From the sequence record SRR31156797_12723: DNA of 32,115 bases, one strand, 5' to 3'. The notes beneath the pieces are model-generated. The model saw only the letters and a program-made list of their open reading frames with translations. It made no database searches and was not told where the DNA came from. Positions 1 to 9,788 of the stretch are shown here, in pieces (within the stretch, counting starts at the first letter, position 1; each line of letters opens with the position of its first letter). A program made the position numbers and the translations under genes.

Positions 1-711
1 GATAACAGTGGCAGTATTTCCACCAAAATCACCAAATGCATAATTAACTGTAAATGATTCAAAGTCGATTGGAAGTGTAACCGGATCAGAAGCAGCAGAA
101 ATGGTAATGATCTCCGTGTATTCTGTGGTTGCTTCACCACCGGAACGTGCAATCACTTTTACTTCGTAATCGCCTGGTTCCTCATATTGATGAGTTGCAG
201 TTTCATCAGGAAGAATAGTCACCGGTACTTCATCCTCAACATCACCAAAATATACATCCAGAACCGCAGCGTATTCTGCTGTTGCTGTAACATTAACGAT
301 TCTTGGATTAACATCATCCGTGGTTATACTTACTGTAAGGTTTTCAGGCGCTTTAAATGACACCGTTAAATCCTCAGAATAGCTCGTAGTAAGACCGGTA
401 ATACCGATACCGGTAATTTCCACGGTGTAAGTACCTTCACCATAAGTATGTGTGATCTCTTCACTCAGGCCAAATTCAGTGGCTACTTCATCTTCAACAT
501 CTCCGAATTTTACCATAAAACCGGTAACGCCTTCGGCCTGTGGCATAATGGTTACCAAACCTGTGTTATCCTGTGTAATATCATAAGTCACAGAAATATT
601 TGCAGGAGCAGTAACATTGTTCAGCTTTTCGAGGTTGTCGATTTCCTTTTCGCAGGAAACTGCAAAAAGCAACACAACAACTATTGCAAATATGTTTTTC
701 AGTTTATTCAT
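1..711 (-). CDS. PKD-like repeat surface lipoprotein, putative glycan-binding protein downstream of SusD (3' end runs off the window)
   Basis: Not in the ORF track; translated by hand from ATG at 711: MNKLKNIFAIVVVLLFAVSC-EKEIDNLE... It has a lipobox (AVSC) and two repeats of FGDVEDEV...THxY..G.Y.V, and stays open to base 1 (...LPIDFESFTVNYAFGDFGGNTATVI). It starts 21 bp after the susD stop. Confidence 0.85.
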   Translation of the reverse strand, partial: MNKLKNIFAIVVVLLFAVSCEKEIDNLEKLNNVTAPANISVTYDITQDNTGLVTIMPQAEGVTGFMVKFGDVEDEVATEFGLSEEITHTYGEGTYTVEITGIGITGLTTSYSEDLTVSFKAPENLTVSITTDDVNPRIVNVTATAEYAAVLDVYFGDVEDEVPVTILPDETATHQYEEPGDYEVKVIARSGGEATTEYTEIITISAASDPVTLPIDFESFTVNYAFGDFGGNTATVI

Positions 712-732
712 TGTACTCAATATTTTATTTGA

Positions 733-2217
733 TTAGTAACCAGAATTTTGTGTCCAGTTTCCACTTGAGAAATTCAATTCTTCTATTGGAATCGGGAACA
801 CCTCATTTTTACCGGCAGTAAATCCTTCAATTTCATCAGCAGCTTTTCCTGTTCTTACCAGGTCGAAGAAACGATGGCCTTCACCCATGAGTTCCACATG
901 ACGTTCGTGCCATATGGCATCTGTAAGCGCAGCACCAGTAGCGGTAACATCATGATCGTTGTTACCAAATGCCCTGGCGCGGACCATATTGAGGTATTCC
1001 TGAGCTTTGCTATCGTCAATACCTCCACGGTTAAAAGCTTCGGCAGCCATCAGCAGCACATCAGCATAACGGATAGCGCGGTAATTATTTGGATTTGTGA
1101 GGTTGAGATCAGGCTGTGCATCTTCGCTTCTTTTACGCGGAAGATACTTTCGGTTGAAATAACCGGTGTGCTCATTACCTGTTGTGTAGGAGGCTCCCAT
1201 GGTATCGGCCCATGCCTGGATATCGAGGATGGTAACACCAAGACGAAGGTCGCCGCCTTCAAAAGCATCAACAGCTTTTTGTACAGGAACATTAAAGCTA
1301 AATCCTGAAGTGAACAATGGCCCATCGTAGCTACGAACGCCACTAAAACCAACGGCCACATTTCCTTCAACACACTGAAGGCATCCAAAACCAGCGCCCT
1401 CGACTTCAGTATACTGAACTTCAAAAACGGATTCAGGTCCGTTTTCGCCTTCCATCTCCCACATGTCGTTGTAGTTTGTGGCCAATGAATAGTTGCCATC
1501 CATAATTACGGCATCAAGCACAGATGCAGCTTCTGCAAATTTATCCTGATAAAGGTATGCTTTGCCAAGCAAAGCCTGAGCGGCACCTTTGGTTGCTCTT
1601 CCCACTTCGGGAGCAACAGGTGAAAGCACCTCAGCAGCGTAGATTAGATCTGCCTCGATTTGTGCATAAACATCCCCAACAGGTGAACGAGGTATTGAGG
1701 TTTCGTCACCAAGTGCAAAACGTTCATCAACTTTTACCGGAACCGGTCCAAACCATTTAACCAGTTCGAAATAGTAATAGGCCCTTAGAAACCTGACTTC
1801 GGCAATCATTTGTTCCTTGTTGTCAAAATCGGTTTTATCCTTAAATTCCATAAAATAGTTGCAACGCTGAACCCCGGCAAACATCCAGTTCCAGATATCG
1901 TGAAGATTGCTGTTTGTGGGCGTGTGGGTCATATCGTCAACTTGCTGCCATCCGATAACATCTGTTGGGCTTTCACCGCCGCAAAGTGTATTGTCAGAGG
2001 CAATTTCACCAAGTATAACATTGGCATAAGTAGGTTGCAAAAGGTCGTAGGATGCAACCAGGGCGTTGTAGTAATCTGTTTCAGAATTGAAATAATTTTC
2101 GGAGTCGATTGAATACTCCGGGGACACTTCTACAAAATCATCAGAGCAAGAAAGGAAGAATGCTGTGATCGTGAAAAGGCCCGCTAACACTGTTTTGTTA
2201 AATATATGCTTTTTCAT
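733..2217 (-). CDS. susD: RagB/SusD family nutrient-binding outer membrane lipoprotein
   Basis: Lipobox FLSC followed by acidic SDDF. SusD motifs AEVRFLRAYYYFELV, GRATKGAAQALLGKAYLY, IRYADVLLMAAEA, ERHVELMGEGHRFFDLVR and C-terminal QNSGY. Lies directly downstream of susC. Confidence 0.96.
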   Translation of the reverse strand: MKKHIFNKTVLAGLFTITAFFLSCSDDFVEVSPEYSIDSENYFNSETDYYNALVASYDLLQPTYANVILGEIASDNTLCGGESPTDVIGWQQVDDMTHTPTNSNLHDIWNWMFAGVQRCNYFMEFKDKTDFDNKEQMIAEVRFLRAYYYFELVKWFGPVPVKVDERFALGDETSIPRSPVGDVYAQIEADLIYAAEVLSPVAPEVGRATKGAAQALLGKAYLYQDKFAEAASVLDAVIMDGNYSLATNYNDMWEMEGENGPESVFEVQYTEVEGAGFGCLQCVEGNVAVGFSGVRSYDGPLFTSGFSFNVPVQKAVDAFEGGDLRLGVTILDIQAWADTMGASYTTGNEHTGYFNRKYLPRKRSEDAQPDLNLTNPNNYRAIRYADVLLMAAEAFNRGGIDDSKAQEYLNMVRARAFGNNDHDVTATGAALTDAIWHERHVELMGEGHRFFDLVRTGKAADEIEGFTAGKNEVFPIPIEELNFSSGNWTQNSGY

Positions 2218-2227
2218 GGTTTTCGAA

Positions 2228-5200
2228 TTAGATATTTAAGTTAAATCCAAAAATGTATGTCCTGGCCGCCGGATAAAATCCATCGTCGAATCCGGAACCT
2301 ACAGGAGCACCGCTTGATGCAGCAGGATCAAAGCCTTTGTATTTTGTAAATGTGAAGAGGTTATTTACAGCCACATAGAACCTGACTTCCTTAATACCGA
2401 TTTTCATGGTTGTATTTTCCGGAATGCGGTATCCGAGTTGCATACGTTGAATTCGTGCATAAGACCCATCTTCGACATAATAGGTTGAAAATACATTATT
2501 AGAAGTAGCTGCAGTGGTTACCCTTGGAACTTCATTGCTTGTGCCAGGGCCTGTCCATCGATCCATGATGTAGCTCATGCGATTAACATTGGGCTGAGTA
2601 CGCTCGTAATTTCTTACGATATCGTTTCCGAGGCTGGCAAAAATATAGGTTGTAAAATCGAAATCCCTGTACTTCAGGGTAAGGTTCAGGCCCATTACTG
2701 TTGAAGGGATCGGGTCACCAATGTTTGTTCTGTCATCTGAGTTGATTACACCATCACCGTTGATATCAACAAAACGAATATCTCCCGGTTGTGCTTCAGC
2801 ACCCAGGGCAACCTGCGATGGATGTGCATCAACTTCATCCTGTGTCTGGAAGATACCATCGGCCTGGTAGCCATAAAAATATCCAATTGGGAATCCCACT
2901 TCCATACGTGCCGGTAAAGGCTGGCCAACACTAAAGCCACCACCTTCAACAAAACCGGTTCCGTTATTTACCTCAGTAACCTCATTATTAAGTGCGGTGA
3001 GGTTATAATTTACCTGATAGCTGAAGTCGTTGCCAATCATTCCACGATAACCAACTGAAAATTCGAAACCACTGTTACGCACTGTACCGGCATTTGCCGT
3101 TGGTGCGGCACCACCAGGGGCAGCTGTCCCGAAAATACCGGAAACAGGAATATTACTGATCAAAAGGTTTGCTGTTTCCTTATTAAAATAGTCGGCAGTA
3201 AATTCTATACGGTCGTTGAGAAAATTCATATCAATACCAACATCAAATTGCTTGGATTCTTCCCATTTGATACTTGGGTTTGCCAAAGGACCAATTGCAC
3301 GGCCATTTACAAGTCCACCATTAAACACATAGGTTGCCTCTCCGTTGAGGGTAGAAATATACCTGTAATCACCAATCTTGTCAGATCCGAGAATACCATA
3401 ACTGGCTCTTAATTTCAGCAGATTCAGGGCTTTGTATTGATCCATAAAATCCTCTTCGGAAATAACCCATCCAACTGTTGCAGATGGAAAATATGCCACT
3501 GCATTGTCAGGGCCGAATTTTGTTGAAGCATCACGCCTGATCATCACCGAAGCCAGATATTTACCCTGGTAGTCATACTGACCACGAGCAAAATAAGAAA
3601 GTCGGCGTTGGTCGTAAACCCATGAGCCTACAGTTTTGGATTCAACCAAACCGTTTGCGAGACTGATGTCGGCAAATTCCCACGAATTGTTAGGAACATC
3701 CCATCCAGTACCGTTCAGATTATCACCCCAGGTTTTGAAAACTGTTGTACCAACTGTACCTACAATATGGTGGTCATTGTTAAATGTATTATCATAGGTA
3801 ACAAATGCATCGAAAGTGTAGTCGTTGTAAGTATTACGTTCCTGGTAAACACTGCTTCTGTTAACATTGAAAACCTTACTTGGACCGTAATCCACAATTT
3901 TAGTAAACGACTTGTATTTTGTGTTTGCGGTATTAAAACCTATACGAGCAGTAGCAGTGAAATGCTCTGCAAATTTCGCTTCAAGGCCTACATTACCGTT
4001 CCATTTGTCTAAGTCGTAATCATTATATGTATTGGCCAATTGTTGAAGCGGGTTAGCCACCTCAATACCAACATCGGCAGGAGCTGCAAAATAAGTACCG
4101 TCAGGATTATAAATCGGGTATGTTGACGGCATGTTGATGGCATTGAAGAGTATAGAACCCAACCCAAAATCGTTGAACGACTTCCTGTCCAGGTGTGTGT
4201 AGGTAAGCGTTGTATTTACTTTAAGCCATTCAGATAAATCAGCACCCAATGCCACTCTTGCGGTATTCCGGTTATAACCTGATTTGTCACCACCAACAAT
4301 ACCCTCCTGGCGTAAATCTGAAGCACTGATCGAATAATTCATTTTGCTAGAACCACCCGCAACCCTGATATCATTATCAAAAATAGGAGCTGTTTCGAAA
4401 AGTTCGTTTTGCCAGTTTGTTCCTTCTCCTAAGCCTGAAACGTCAGGGAAAGGAAGGTCTTGTCCATTTGCAGCATAACTTTCGTTCAGGATCACTGCAT
4501 ATTCAGTTGCGTTGAGCAAAGGAAGTTTACGCGTGGTTTGCTGCAAACCCATTGAGCTGTTGATGTCAACTGTGGTAGGCGCATCACGCTTCCCGCTTTT
4601 AGTTGTTACTAGGATAATACCGTTGGCACCTACAGTACCATAAATAGCTGCCTGGGCATCTTTCAAAACCGTAATGGTTTCGATGTCGTTTGGATTTAAG
4701 GTACTGAGATCACCCTGGTAACCATCGATGATTACAACAGGAGCTGCATCACCATTGGTTGAAATACCACGAATCCTGATGTCGAGGCCAGCACCTGGAG
4801 CACCAGATTGCGAGGTTACGTTGACACCGGTAACTGTTCCCTGAAGGGCTTCTTCAACTTTAACCGGTTTTAGTCTATCGATGGTTTTGGCTCCCACCGT
4901 ACTTACGGCGCCGGTTACATCCTTTTTCTTCTGCACACCGTAACCAATTACCACCACTTCTTCAAGTGCGGTAGATTCAGTCTCCAGTGTTACATCAATC
5001 GTGTTTTGTCCGGTATACTTCACCTCCTGTGATCTCATACCGATAAATGAATACACAAGTGTGGAGTCCATTGGTACGTTTTGTAACGTGTAGTTACCGT
5101 CGATGTCAGTAGTCGTACCATTAAAGGTGCCTTTAACGAGCACCGTCACACCAGGGATGCCCAATCCGTCATCCGCCGAAATTACAACACCGGAAACACT

Positions 5201-5272
5201 GCCGTCCTGCGCAATTGCAGAAAAGCCATACACCAGTATCGCAAACATTAATAGTGTAAGTTTTCTCATCAT
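2228..5272 (-). CDS. susC: SusC/RagA family TonB-dependent outer membrane transporter
   Basis: Signal peptide, N-terminal carboxypeptidase-regulatory-like domain, EEVVVIGYGVQKK, plug signature DIETITVLKDAQAAIYGTVGANGIILVTTK, GDIRFVDINGDG, C-terminal YPAARTYIFGFNLNI. Start is ATG 5272 or 5269. Confidence 0.97.
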   Translation of the reverse strand: MMRKLTLLMFAILVYGFSAIAQDGSVSGVVISADDGLGIPGVTVLVKGTFNGTTTDIDGNYTLQNVPMDSTLVYSFIGMRSQEVKYTGQNTIDVTLETESTALEEVVVIGYGVQKKKDVTGAVSTVGAKTIDRLKPVKVEEALQGTVTGVNVTSQSGAPGAGLDIRIRGISTNGDAAPVVIIDGYQGDLSTLNPNDIETITVLKDAQAAIYGTVGANGIILVTTKSGKRDAPTTVDINSSMGLQQTTRKLPLLNATEYAVILNESYAANGQDLPFPDVSGLGEGTNWQNELFETAPIFDNDIRVAGGSSKMNYSISASDLRQEGIVGGDKSGYNRNTARVALGADLSEWLKVNTTLTYTHLDRKSFNDFGLGSILFNAINMPSTYPIYNPDGTYFAAPADVGIEVANPLQQLANTYNDYDLDKWNGNVGLEAKFAEHFTATARIGFNTANTKYKSFTKIVDYGPSKVFNVNRSSVYQERNTYNDYTFDAFVTYDNTFNNDHHIVGTVGTTVFKTWGDNLNGTGWDVPNNSWEFADISLANGLVESKTVGSWVYDQRRLSYFARGQYDYQGKYLASVMIRRDASTKFGPDNAVAYFPSATVGWVISEEDFMDQYKALNLLKLRASYGILGSDKIGDYRYISTLNGEATYVFNGGLVNGRAIGPLANPSIKWEESKQFDVGIDMNFLNDRIEFTADYFNKETANLLISNIPVSGIFGTAAPGGAAPTANAGTVRNSGFEFSVGYRGMIGNDFSYQVNYNLTALNNEVTEVNNGTGFVEGGGFSVGQPLPARMEVGFPIGYFYGYQADGIFQTQDEVDAHPSQVALGAEAQPGDIRFVDINGDGVINSDDRTNIGDPIPSTVMGLNLTLKYRDFDFTTYIFASLGNDIVRNYERTQPNVNRMSYIMDRWTGPGTSNEVPRVTTAATSNNVFSTYYVEDGSYARIQRMQLGYRIPENTTMKIGIKEVRFYVAVNNLFTFTKYKGFDPAASSGAPVGSGFDDGFYPAARTYIFGFNLNI

Positions 5273-5320
5273 TTAATTTATTTAGTTTTGGAAAATTGAA
5301 TATCTGATGATTTCATGGTA

Positions 5321-5411
5321 CGAAATAAATATCAGAAACATGCTGAACCAAATTTATTACATGCTCAAAAACTCAGCAATGTAAACTTTCTACTACATCA
5401 TGATTACATCA
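5321..5411 (-). promoter_or_regulatory. susC promoter with tandem-repeat operator TGATGTAATCATGATGTAG, -33 TTTG and degenerate -7 box
   Basis: On the minus strand the 19-mer is at 5411-5393, followed by 37 nt, then AAATTTGG (5355-5348), then TTATTTCG 20 nt after TTTG. The GH16 promoter has the same layout. Confidence 0.7.
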
Positions 5412-5611
5412 CACAGATTATACTTAACTGTATTTGTGAACATTATGAATATTTATTCATACATTTTATTGTTTCACAGAATACAACAATTCTGAAAACT
5501 CCTATCGATCAAAAATATCAAAACGAATCTTAAAGATATACAGCCAATATTAATCGACTTGTTTGGTTAGTGTAACATTATAAGTGTACTTTTAACACTT
5601 CATGTATTGAC

Positions 5612-7684
5612 TTAGTGTTTCACAAACAATGCTGTTTCAACCCAGCCGTCTCCAGCAAGGATAACAAAATAAGTGCCGTTATCCCAATGATTGACAGGCA
5701 TTACTATTGGCGAATGATTAAACGACTTATTTGGAAAAATAACCCTTCCGAATACATCAACAACCTCCACACAAACCGGATGATGATTTGAAACCCGGAT
5801 ATTGATAAGATTATCGGTAGGATTAGGAAATAATACCAGTTCCATTCCCGGCGATTCACCGTGTATAGCCGAAGGAGAGTAAGTATGACCAAAACCATAG
5901 GGAAATAAAGTTTCATTTCCGGGATAATTTCCAATGATATTTATGGGTACATCAAAATAGGATTTTGGCCAGGTATGCGAAAGCTTGCCGGTAGGTTCAA
6001 AATCACCAAAAACTACATCAGCTATCCCTGATCCACCTTCACTTCCGGGAAGCCAGGCTGCAATAAATGCATCTGCATCTTCAAGTTCATCCTGTATATC
6101 CAATGGTCGTCCTGAGAGTAATATTACTGCATACGGGATGCCAGCATTCTTAACGGCCTGGAGCATTTGCTGGTCATCAGCTGAAAGGCCGAATCCGCCA
6201 ACATTTCCAATCAGATCACCGTTGCCCTCGGCATAAGGATTTTCACCAACAACAACGAGGGCATAATCTGCTGCAGGTATTTGCCCGGAATTATTGGTAA
6301 ATTCAACATTCTGATGACCAATGGCCTGCTGAACACCTTCGAGTATTGTGGTTCCTTCAGTGATTTCCCCCAGGCCACCCTGCCATGAAATACTCCATCC
6401 ACCACACATGGCGCCAACATCATCACCCTTCGATCCGGCCACCAAAACTGTGCTCGTTTGTTTAGGCAGTGGCAGCAGATCATCATTTTTAAGCAAAACC
6501 AACGATTCTCGAACAGCCTGTCTGCCCAATTCACGGTGTGATTCACACCCTACTGTGTCTGCCAGACTCAGATTTGCATAAGGATTTTCAAACAAACCCA
6601 GTTTCATTTTCGCGTCCAGTATCCTCGACACGGCGTCATCGATCCGGTTCATAGAAACTAGTCCCTCATTAACAAGTTGCTTAAGCAAATCGATGAACTG
6701 AATATAATCATCGGGTTGCATGGCCATATCCACTCCTGCATTGATGGAAGTTTTAATGGCTTCCTTAAAATCACCGTTCACCTGGTTAATCCCTTTCCAG
6801 TCGCTAATCACAAAACCGTCAAATCCCAACTCACCCTTTAACACATCATTTATCAAATAAGAATTACCATGACATTTCACACCATTCCAACTGTTATAGG
6901 AAATCATCACTGAACCAACCCCTTCATCAATAGCAGAAATATAGGGTGGTAAATGTATTTCACGAAGCTCTTCTTCAGTCAAAACAGCATTTCCCTGATC
7001 AATCCCATTTTCCGTTCCACCATCAGCTACAAAATGTTTGGCACAAGCCAGTATTCCATTGGGATCCCCGAGTGAATCGCCCTGGTAACCCTGCACAATG
7101 GCTAGTCCTAAACTGTCGGTCAAATAAGGTGATTCTCCAAAACCTTCATATATTCTGCCCCAAAATTCATTTTGAGGAACGGCAATACAGGGACTGAATG
7201 TCCAATCCAGGCCGGTGGCTTTAACTTCTAAAGCCGTAACCTTACCAATTTGTCTGACAAGGTCAGGATTTCGGGTGCAACCCAATCCAATGTTATGCGG
7301 AAAAATAACCGCGTTCACCAGGTTGTTGTGTCCGTGAACGGCATCCACACCATAAATGATTGGGATACCGAGCCTGGTAGCCAGGGCTTTTTCCTGCATT
7401 TCATTATACATCGCCACCCAGGATTCAACTGTATTAGGGTTCGGAACACTGCCCCCACCACTCAATACCGAACCCAAAAAATACTGCTGGATATCATTGT
7501 ATCCTGAACCAACAATACTGCTACGTTCAGCCTGGGTCATCTGTCCAACTTTTTCTTCAAGGGTCATTTGAGCAAGCAGGTCATCAACCCGGTCTCTGAT
7601 TGGCGCATCAGATTTCAGGTAAACCTGACCGCTTAATGTTAGCGTAAAAATGAAGCATATTACAAGTGAAAAGATATTTTTCAT
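5612..7684 (-). CDS. GH3 beta-glucosidase / beta-glucan exohydrolase with T9SS type A sorting domain
   Basis: MTLEEKVGQMTQ, GVDAVHG, FPHNIGLG, WGRIYEGFGE, ACAKHF, nucleophile motif VISDW, AWLPGSEG, LFPYGFG. C-terminal LFPNPT...DVFGR...GTYFV...FVK is a T9SS CTD. N-terminal signal peptide ends SG-Q. Confidence 0.95.
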   Translation of the reverse strand: MKNIFSLVICFIFTLTLSGQVYLKSDAPIRDRVDDLLAQMTLEEKVGQMTQAERSSIVGSGYNDIQQYFLGSVLSGGGSVPNPNTVESWVAMYNEMQEKALATRLGIPIIYGVDAVHGHNNLVNAVIFPHNIGLGCTRNPDLVRQIGKVTALEVKATGLDWTFSPCIAVPQNEFWGRIYEGFGESPYLTDSLGLAIVQGYQGDSLGDPNGILACAKHFVADGGTENGIDQGNAVLTEEELREIHLPPYISAIDEGVGSVMISYNSWNGVKCHGNSYLINDVLKGELGFDGFVISDWKGINQVNGDFKEAIKTSINAGVDMAMQPDDYIQFIDLLKQLVNEGLVSMNRIDDAVSRILDAKMKLGLFENPYANLSLADTVGCESHRELGRQAVRESLVLLKNDDLLPLPKQTSTVLVAGSKGDDVGAMCGGWSISWQGGLGEITEGTTILEGVQQAIGHQNVEFTNNSGQIPAADYALVVVGENPYAEGNGDLIGNVGGFGLSADDQQMLQAVKNAGIPYAVILLSGRPLDIQDELEDADAFIAAWLPGSEGGSGIADVVFGDFEPTGKLSHTWPKSYFDVPINIIGNYPGNETLFPYGFGHTYSPSAIHGESPGMELVLFPNPTDNLINIRVSNHHPVCVEVVDVFGRVIFPNKSFNHSPIVMPVNHWDNGTYFVILAGDGWVETALFVKH

Positions 7685-7705
7685 TATGCGTTGATTTTAA
7701 ATCCG

Positions 7706-7737
7706 TAAAGTTAAGCATGATGTGGTTGACCAACAAA
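7706..7737 (-). promoter_or_regulatory. Bacteroidota housekeeping-type promoter for the GH3 gene
   Basis: Minus strand TTTG-N20-TAACTTTA (consensus TTTG-N19-21-TAnnTTTG), ending 21 nt before the ATG. Confidence 0.55.
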
Positions 7738-7859
7738 TCGCACAAAATTGGCATAAGGATCATTATAACACTCCTGGATAAAAATATCCTATTATTGCCT
7801 GCATAAAATACAATTAATGAGTTTTTTAAAAAATTTTCCATTTCAACTGCAATGAAATA

Positions 7860-7952
7860 ATGATGTAGTCATGATGTAGATACATGATAAAAATGATGTA
7901 GAGTAAATGGGGTGGGAAATTTGGAGAACGCTAATTGGAATAGCGATATTTA
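7860..7952 (+). promoter_or_regulatory. GH16 promoter with ATGATGTAG direct repeats, -33 TTTG and degenerate -7 box
   Basis: ATGATGTAG at 7860, 7871 and 7893 (11 and 22 bp apart). AAATTTGG at 7917-7924, 37 nt after the second repeat. GATATTTA lies 21 nt after TTTG. Confidence 0.7.
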
Positions 7953-7988
7953 CACAATTAAATTAAAACACAGTAAATCTTTTGTGAT

Positions 7989-9788
7989 ATGAAAAATAAT
8001 TTTATTCCTCAGGTACACAATGCAGTCGTTTTCATCATAATTCTGTTTATATCTGCACAAAGTAGCGCACAAATTGGTAACCTGATCTGGGAGGAGGAAT
8101 TTGAAACCCTTGACAATTGGATACTGGAATACGGTAATGGTTCCTGGGGCTGGGGAAATGGTGAGCTGGAATTCTACAAACCTGAAAACGTTTCAGTAAG
8201 TGAAATTCCCGGCGAACCCGGAAGTAATGCACTAAAGATTGTTGCCAGAGAGGAGTCCGGACCTGAAATTGTCGATCAATGGGGTAATCCGCTATATCAT
8301 ACTTCGGGCAGGCTAAACACCAAATCGAAAGTTTCGGTAAAGTATGGAATGATTGAAACACGGGTTCGCATCCCTGACCTTGACCTGGGAGGCTGGCCTG
8401 CAATCTGGATGCTGGGGACGACCAATTATGCCTGGCCACGAAGTGGTGAAATTGACATGATGGAAATGGGACATACCAAGGAATTCAGGGATTTACATGA
8501 TGAACACAATGGCGGGAACGGCCAAAACAACTCCACAGTAAACCAAATGGTTGGTGCAAATGCCATTTTCTTTTCTGAAGACGCCATTACCCCCGAAAAT
8601 CCATCCGGTGCTGCAAGCATATCATGGGATCCGGATGATGACTATTGCAGGCCTTATTACAACTATGACAATCCACTCATGAACCGCTTTCTCATTTACC
8701 GTACTTATTGGGACGAAGAATCGCTGCGCTTTACCGTTGAGGATGATGGTGTTGAATATGATTTATACACAGAACCATTTTATATAGACAGTGCTTCCAG
8801 TGAATTTCAACATCCGTTTTACCTGGTTACAAATTTTGCCATCGGAGGTTTATTCACTGACACCTACAACCTTGGTGACCCGGGCAGTGGACTGCCTGTT
8901 TCAATGTCATTTCCTGCCGAGATGTATGTAGATTATATTAAGGTGTATGAATGGAATGGCCAGGGTGAAGTTCATTCCGGTCCACCACCTTTTGAAACAG
9001 GCACTTTTGGCATATTTACGGATGAAACGCCGGTTACCAATGGTCTGTTTTCAAATTATCCGGCCGAAATTTATGTATGGGAAGGAACATTATCGGCAGG
9101 ATCAATTCCGCCGTACGAAGGTGAGAATGGATTATCCTGGGTAACCAACGGACTTGGTTGGTTTGGTGCCGGAATTATGTCGGTGCAGCCAGTAAACCTG
9201 TTAAACTTTGGGGAAGGACACCTGAAATTTATGATAAAAATACCGGCAAATATCAGTTTCCAAATCGGAATAATCGATGCCTGGGGTAACCAAAACTATG
9301 TGAATTTTCCGGCAAACCAAACCACCTATGGGCTGGAGAGAAACGGTGAATGGGGACAGGCAGCCATTCCGGTTGAGGACCTTCGCGGAGAATTTATTGA
9401 CCTGAGAATGCTCTCCTACGAGTTTGTCGTTCTTGAAGTAAATGGAGCATCATGTCAATTTGCCCTGGATGATATTTTTTGGGAAGGTGGAATTACGTCA
9501 ACAAACGAGCCTGCTATATACCAGGTATCCGGAGTTGGTCTGGAGGAGAATTTCCCCAATCCGTTTTCAACATCAACAACAATCAATTATTCGCTTCAGG
9601 AAGGTGGTCAGGTTGAATTATTCGTGTATGATTTAACAGGCCGGAAGATCAAGACATTGGTGGACGAATTCCAAAACAGCGGAAATCATTCAACAAAGTG
9701 GACCATCGCTAACGAGAAGCCAGGCATCTACTTTTATGAGCTGACATCAGGGGAATTTGTTAAGGTCAAGAAGTGTATAGTACAATAG
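7989..9788 (+). CDS. GH16 laminarinase-type endo-beta-1,3-glucanase with putative carbohydrate-binding domain and T9SS sorting domain
   Basis: WGWGNGELEFY, SGRLNTK, GGWPAIWMLG, catalytic WPRSGEIDMME (ExDxxE) and EMYVDYIKVY, then a ~170-aa beta-rich domain ending FALDDIFW, then CTD NFPNPF...YDLTGR...GIYFY...KK. Confidence 0.93.
   Translation: MKNNFIPQVHNAVVFIIILFISAQSSAQIGNLIWEEEFETLDNWILEYGNGSWGWGNGELEFYKPENVSVSEIPGEPGSNALKIVAREESGPEIVDQWGNPLYHTSGRLNTKSKVSVKYGMIETRVRIPDLDLGGWPAIWMLGTTNYAWPRSGEIDMMEMGHTKEFRDLHDEHNGGNGQNNSTVNQMVGANAIFFSEDAITPENPSGAASISWDPDDDYCRPYYNYDNPLMNRFLIYRTYWDEESLRFTVEDDGVEYDLYTEPFYIDSASSEFQHPFYLVTNFAIGGLFTDTYNLGDPGSGLPVSMSFPAEMYVDYIKVYEWNGQGEVHSGPPPFETGTFGIFTDETPVTNGLFSNYPAEIYVWEGTLSAGSIPPYEGENGLSWVTNGLGWFGAGIMSVQPVNLLNFGEGHLKFMIKIPANISFQIGIIDAWGNQNYVNFPANQTTYGLERNGEWGQAAIPVEDLRGEFIDLRMLSYEFVVLEVNGASCQFALDDIFWEGGITSTNEPAIYQVSGVGLEENFPNPFSTSTTINYSLQEGGQVELFVYDLTGRKIKTLVDEFQNSGNHSTKWTIANEKPGIYFYELTSGEFVKVKKCIVQ

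Noticed and set aside
448-732. 94-aa plus-strand ORF
   Set aside because: Antisense to the lipoprotein gene at 1-711, with no recognisable features.
7748-7764. TTGGCATAAGGATCATT sigma54-like sequence
   Set aside because: No -12 element and no associated palindrome, and it lies far upstream of a better-supported GH16 promoter.
7860-7901. ATGATGTAG repeats as a CRISPR or tandem satellite
   Set aside because: Units are 9 bp with 2-13 bp gaps and no cas genes are present. An operator explains them better.
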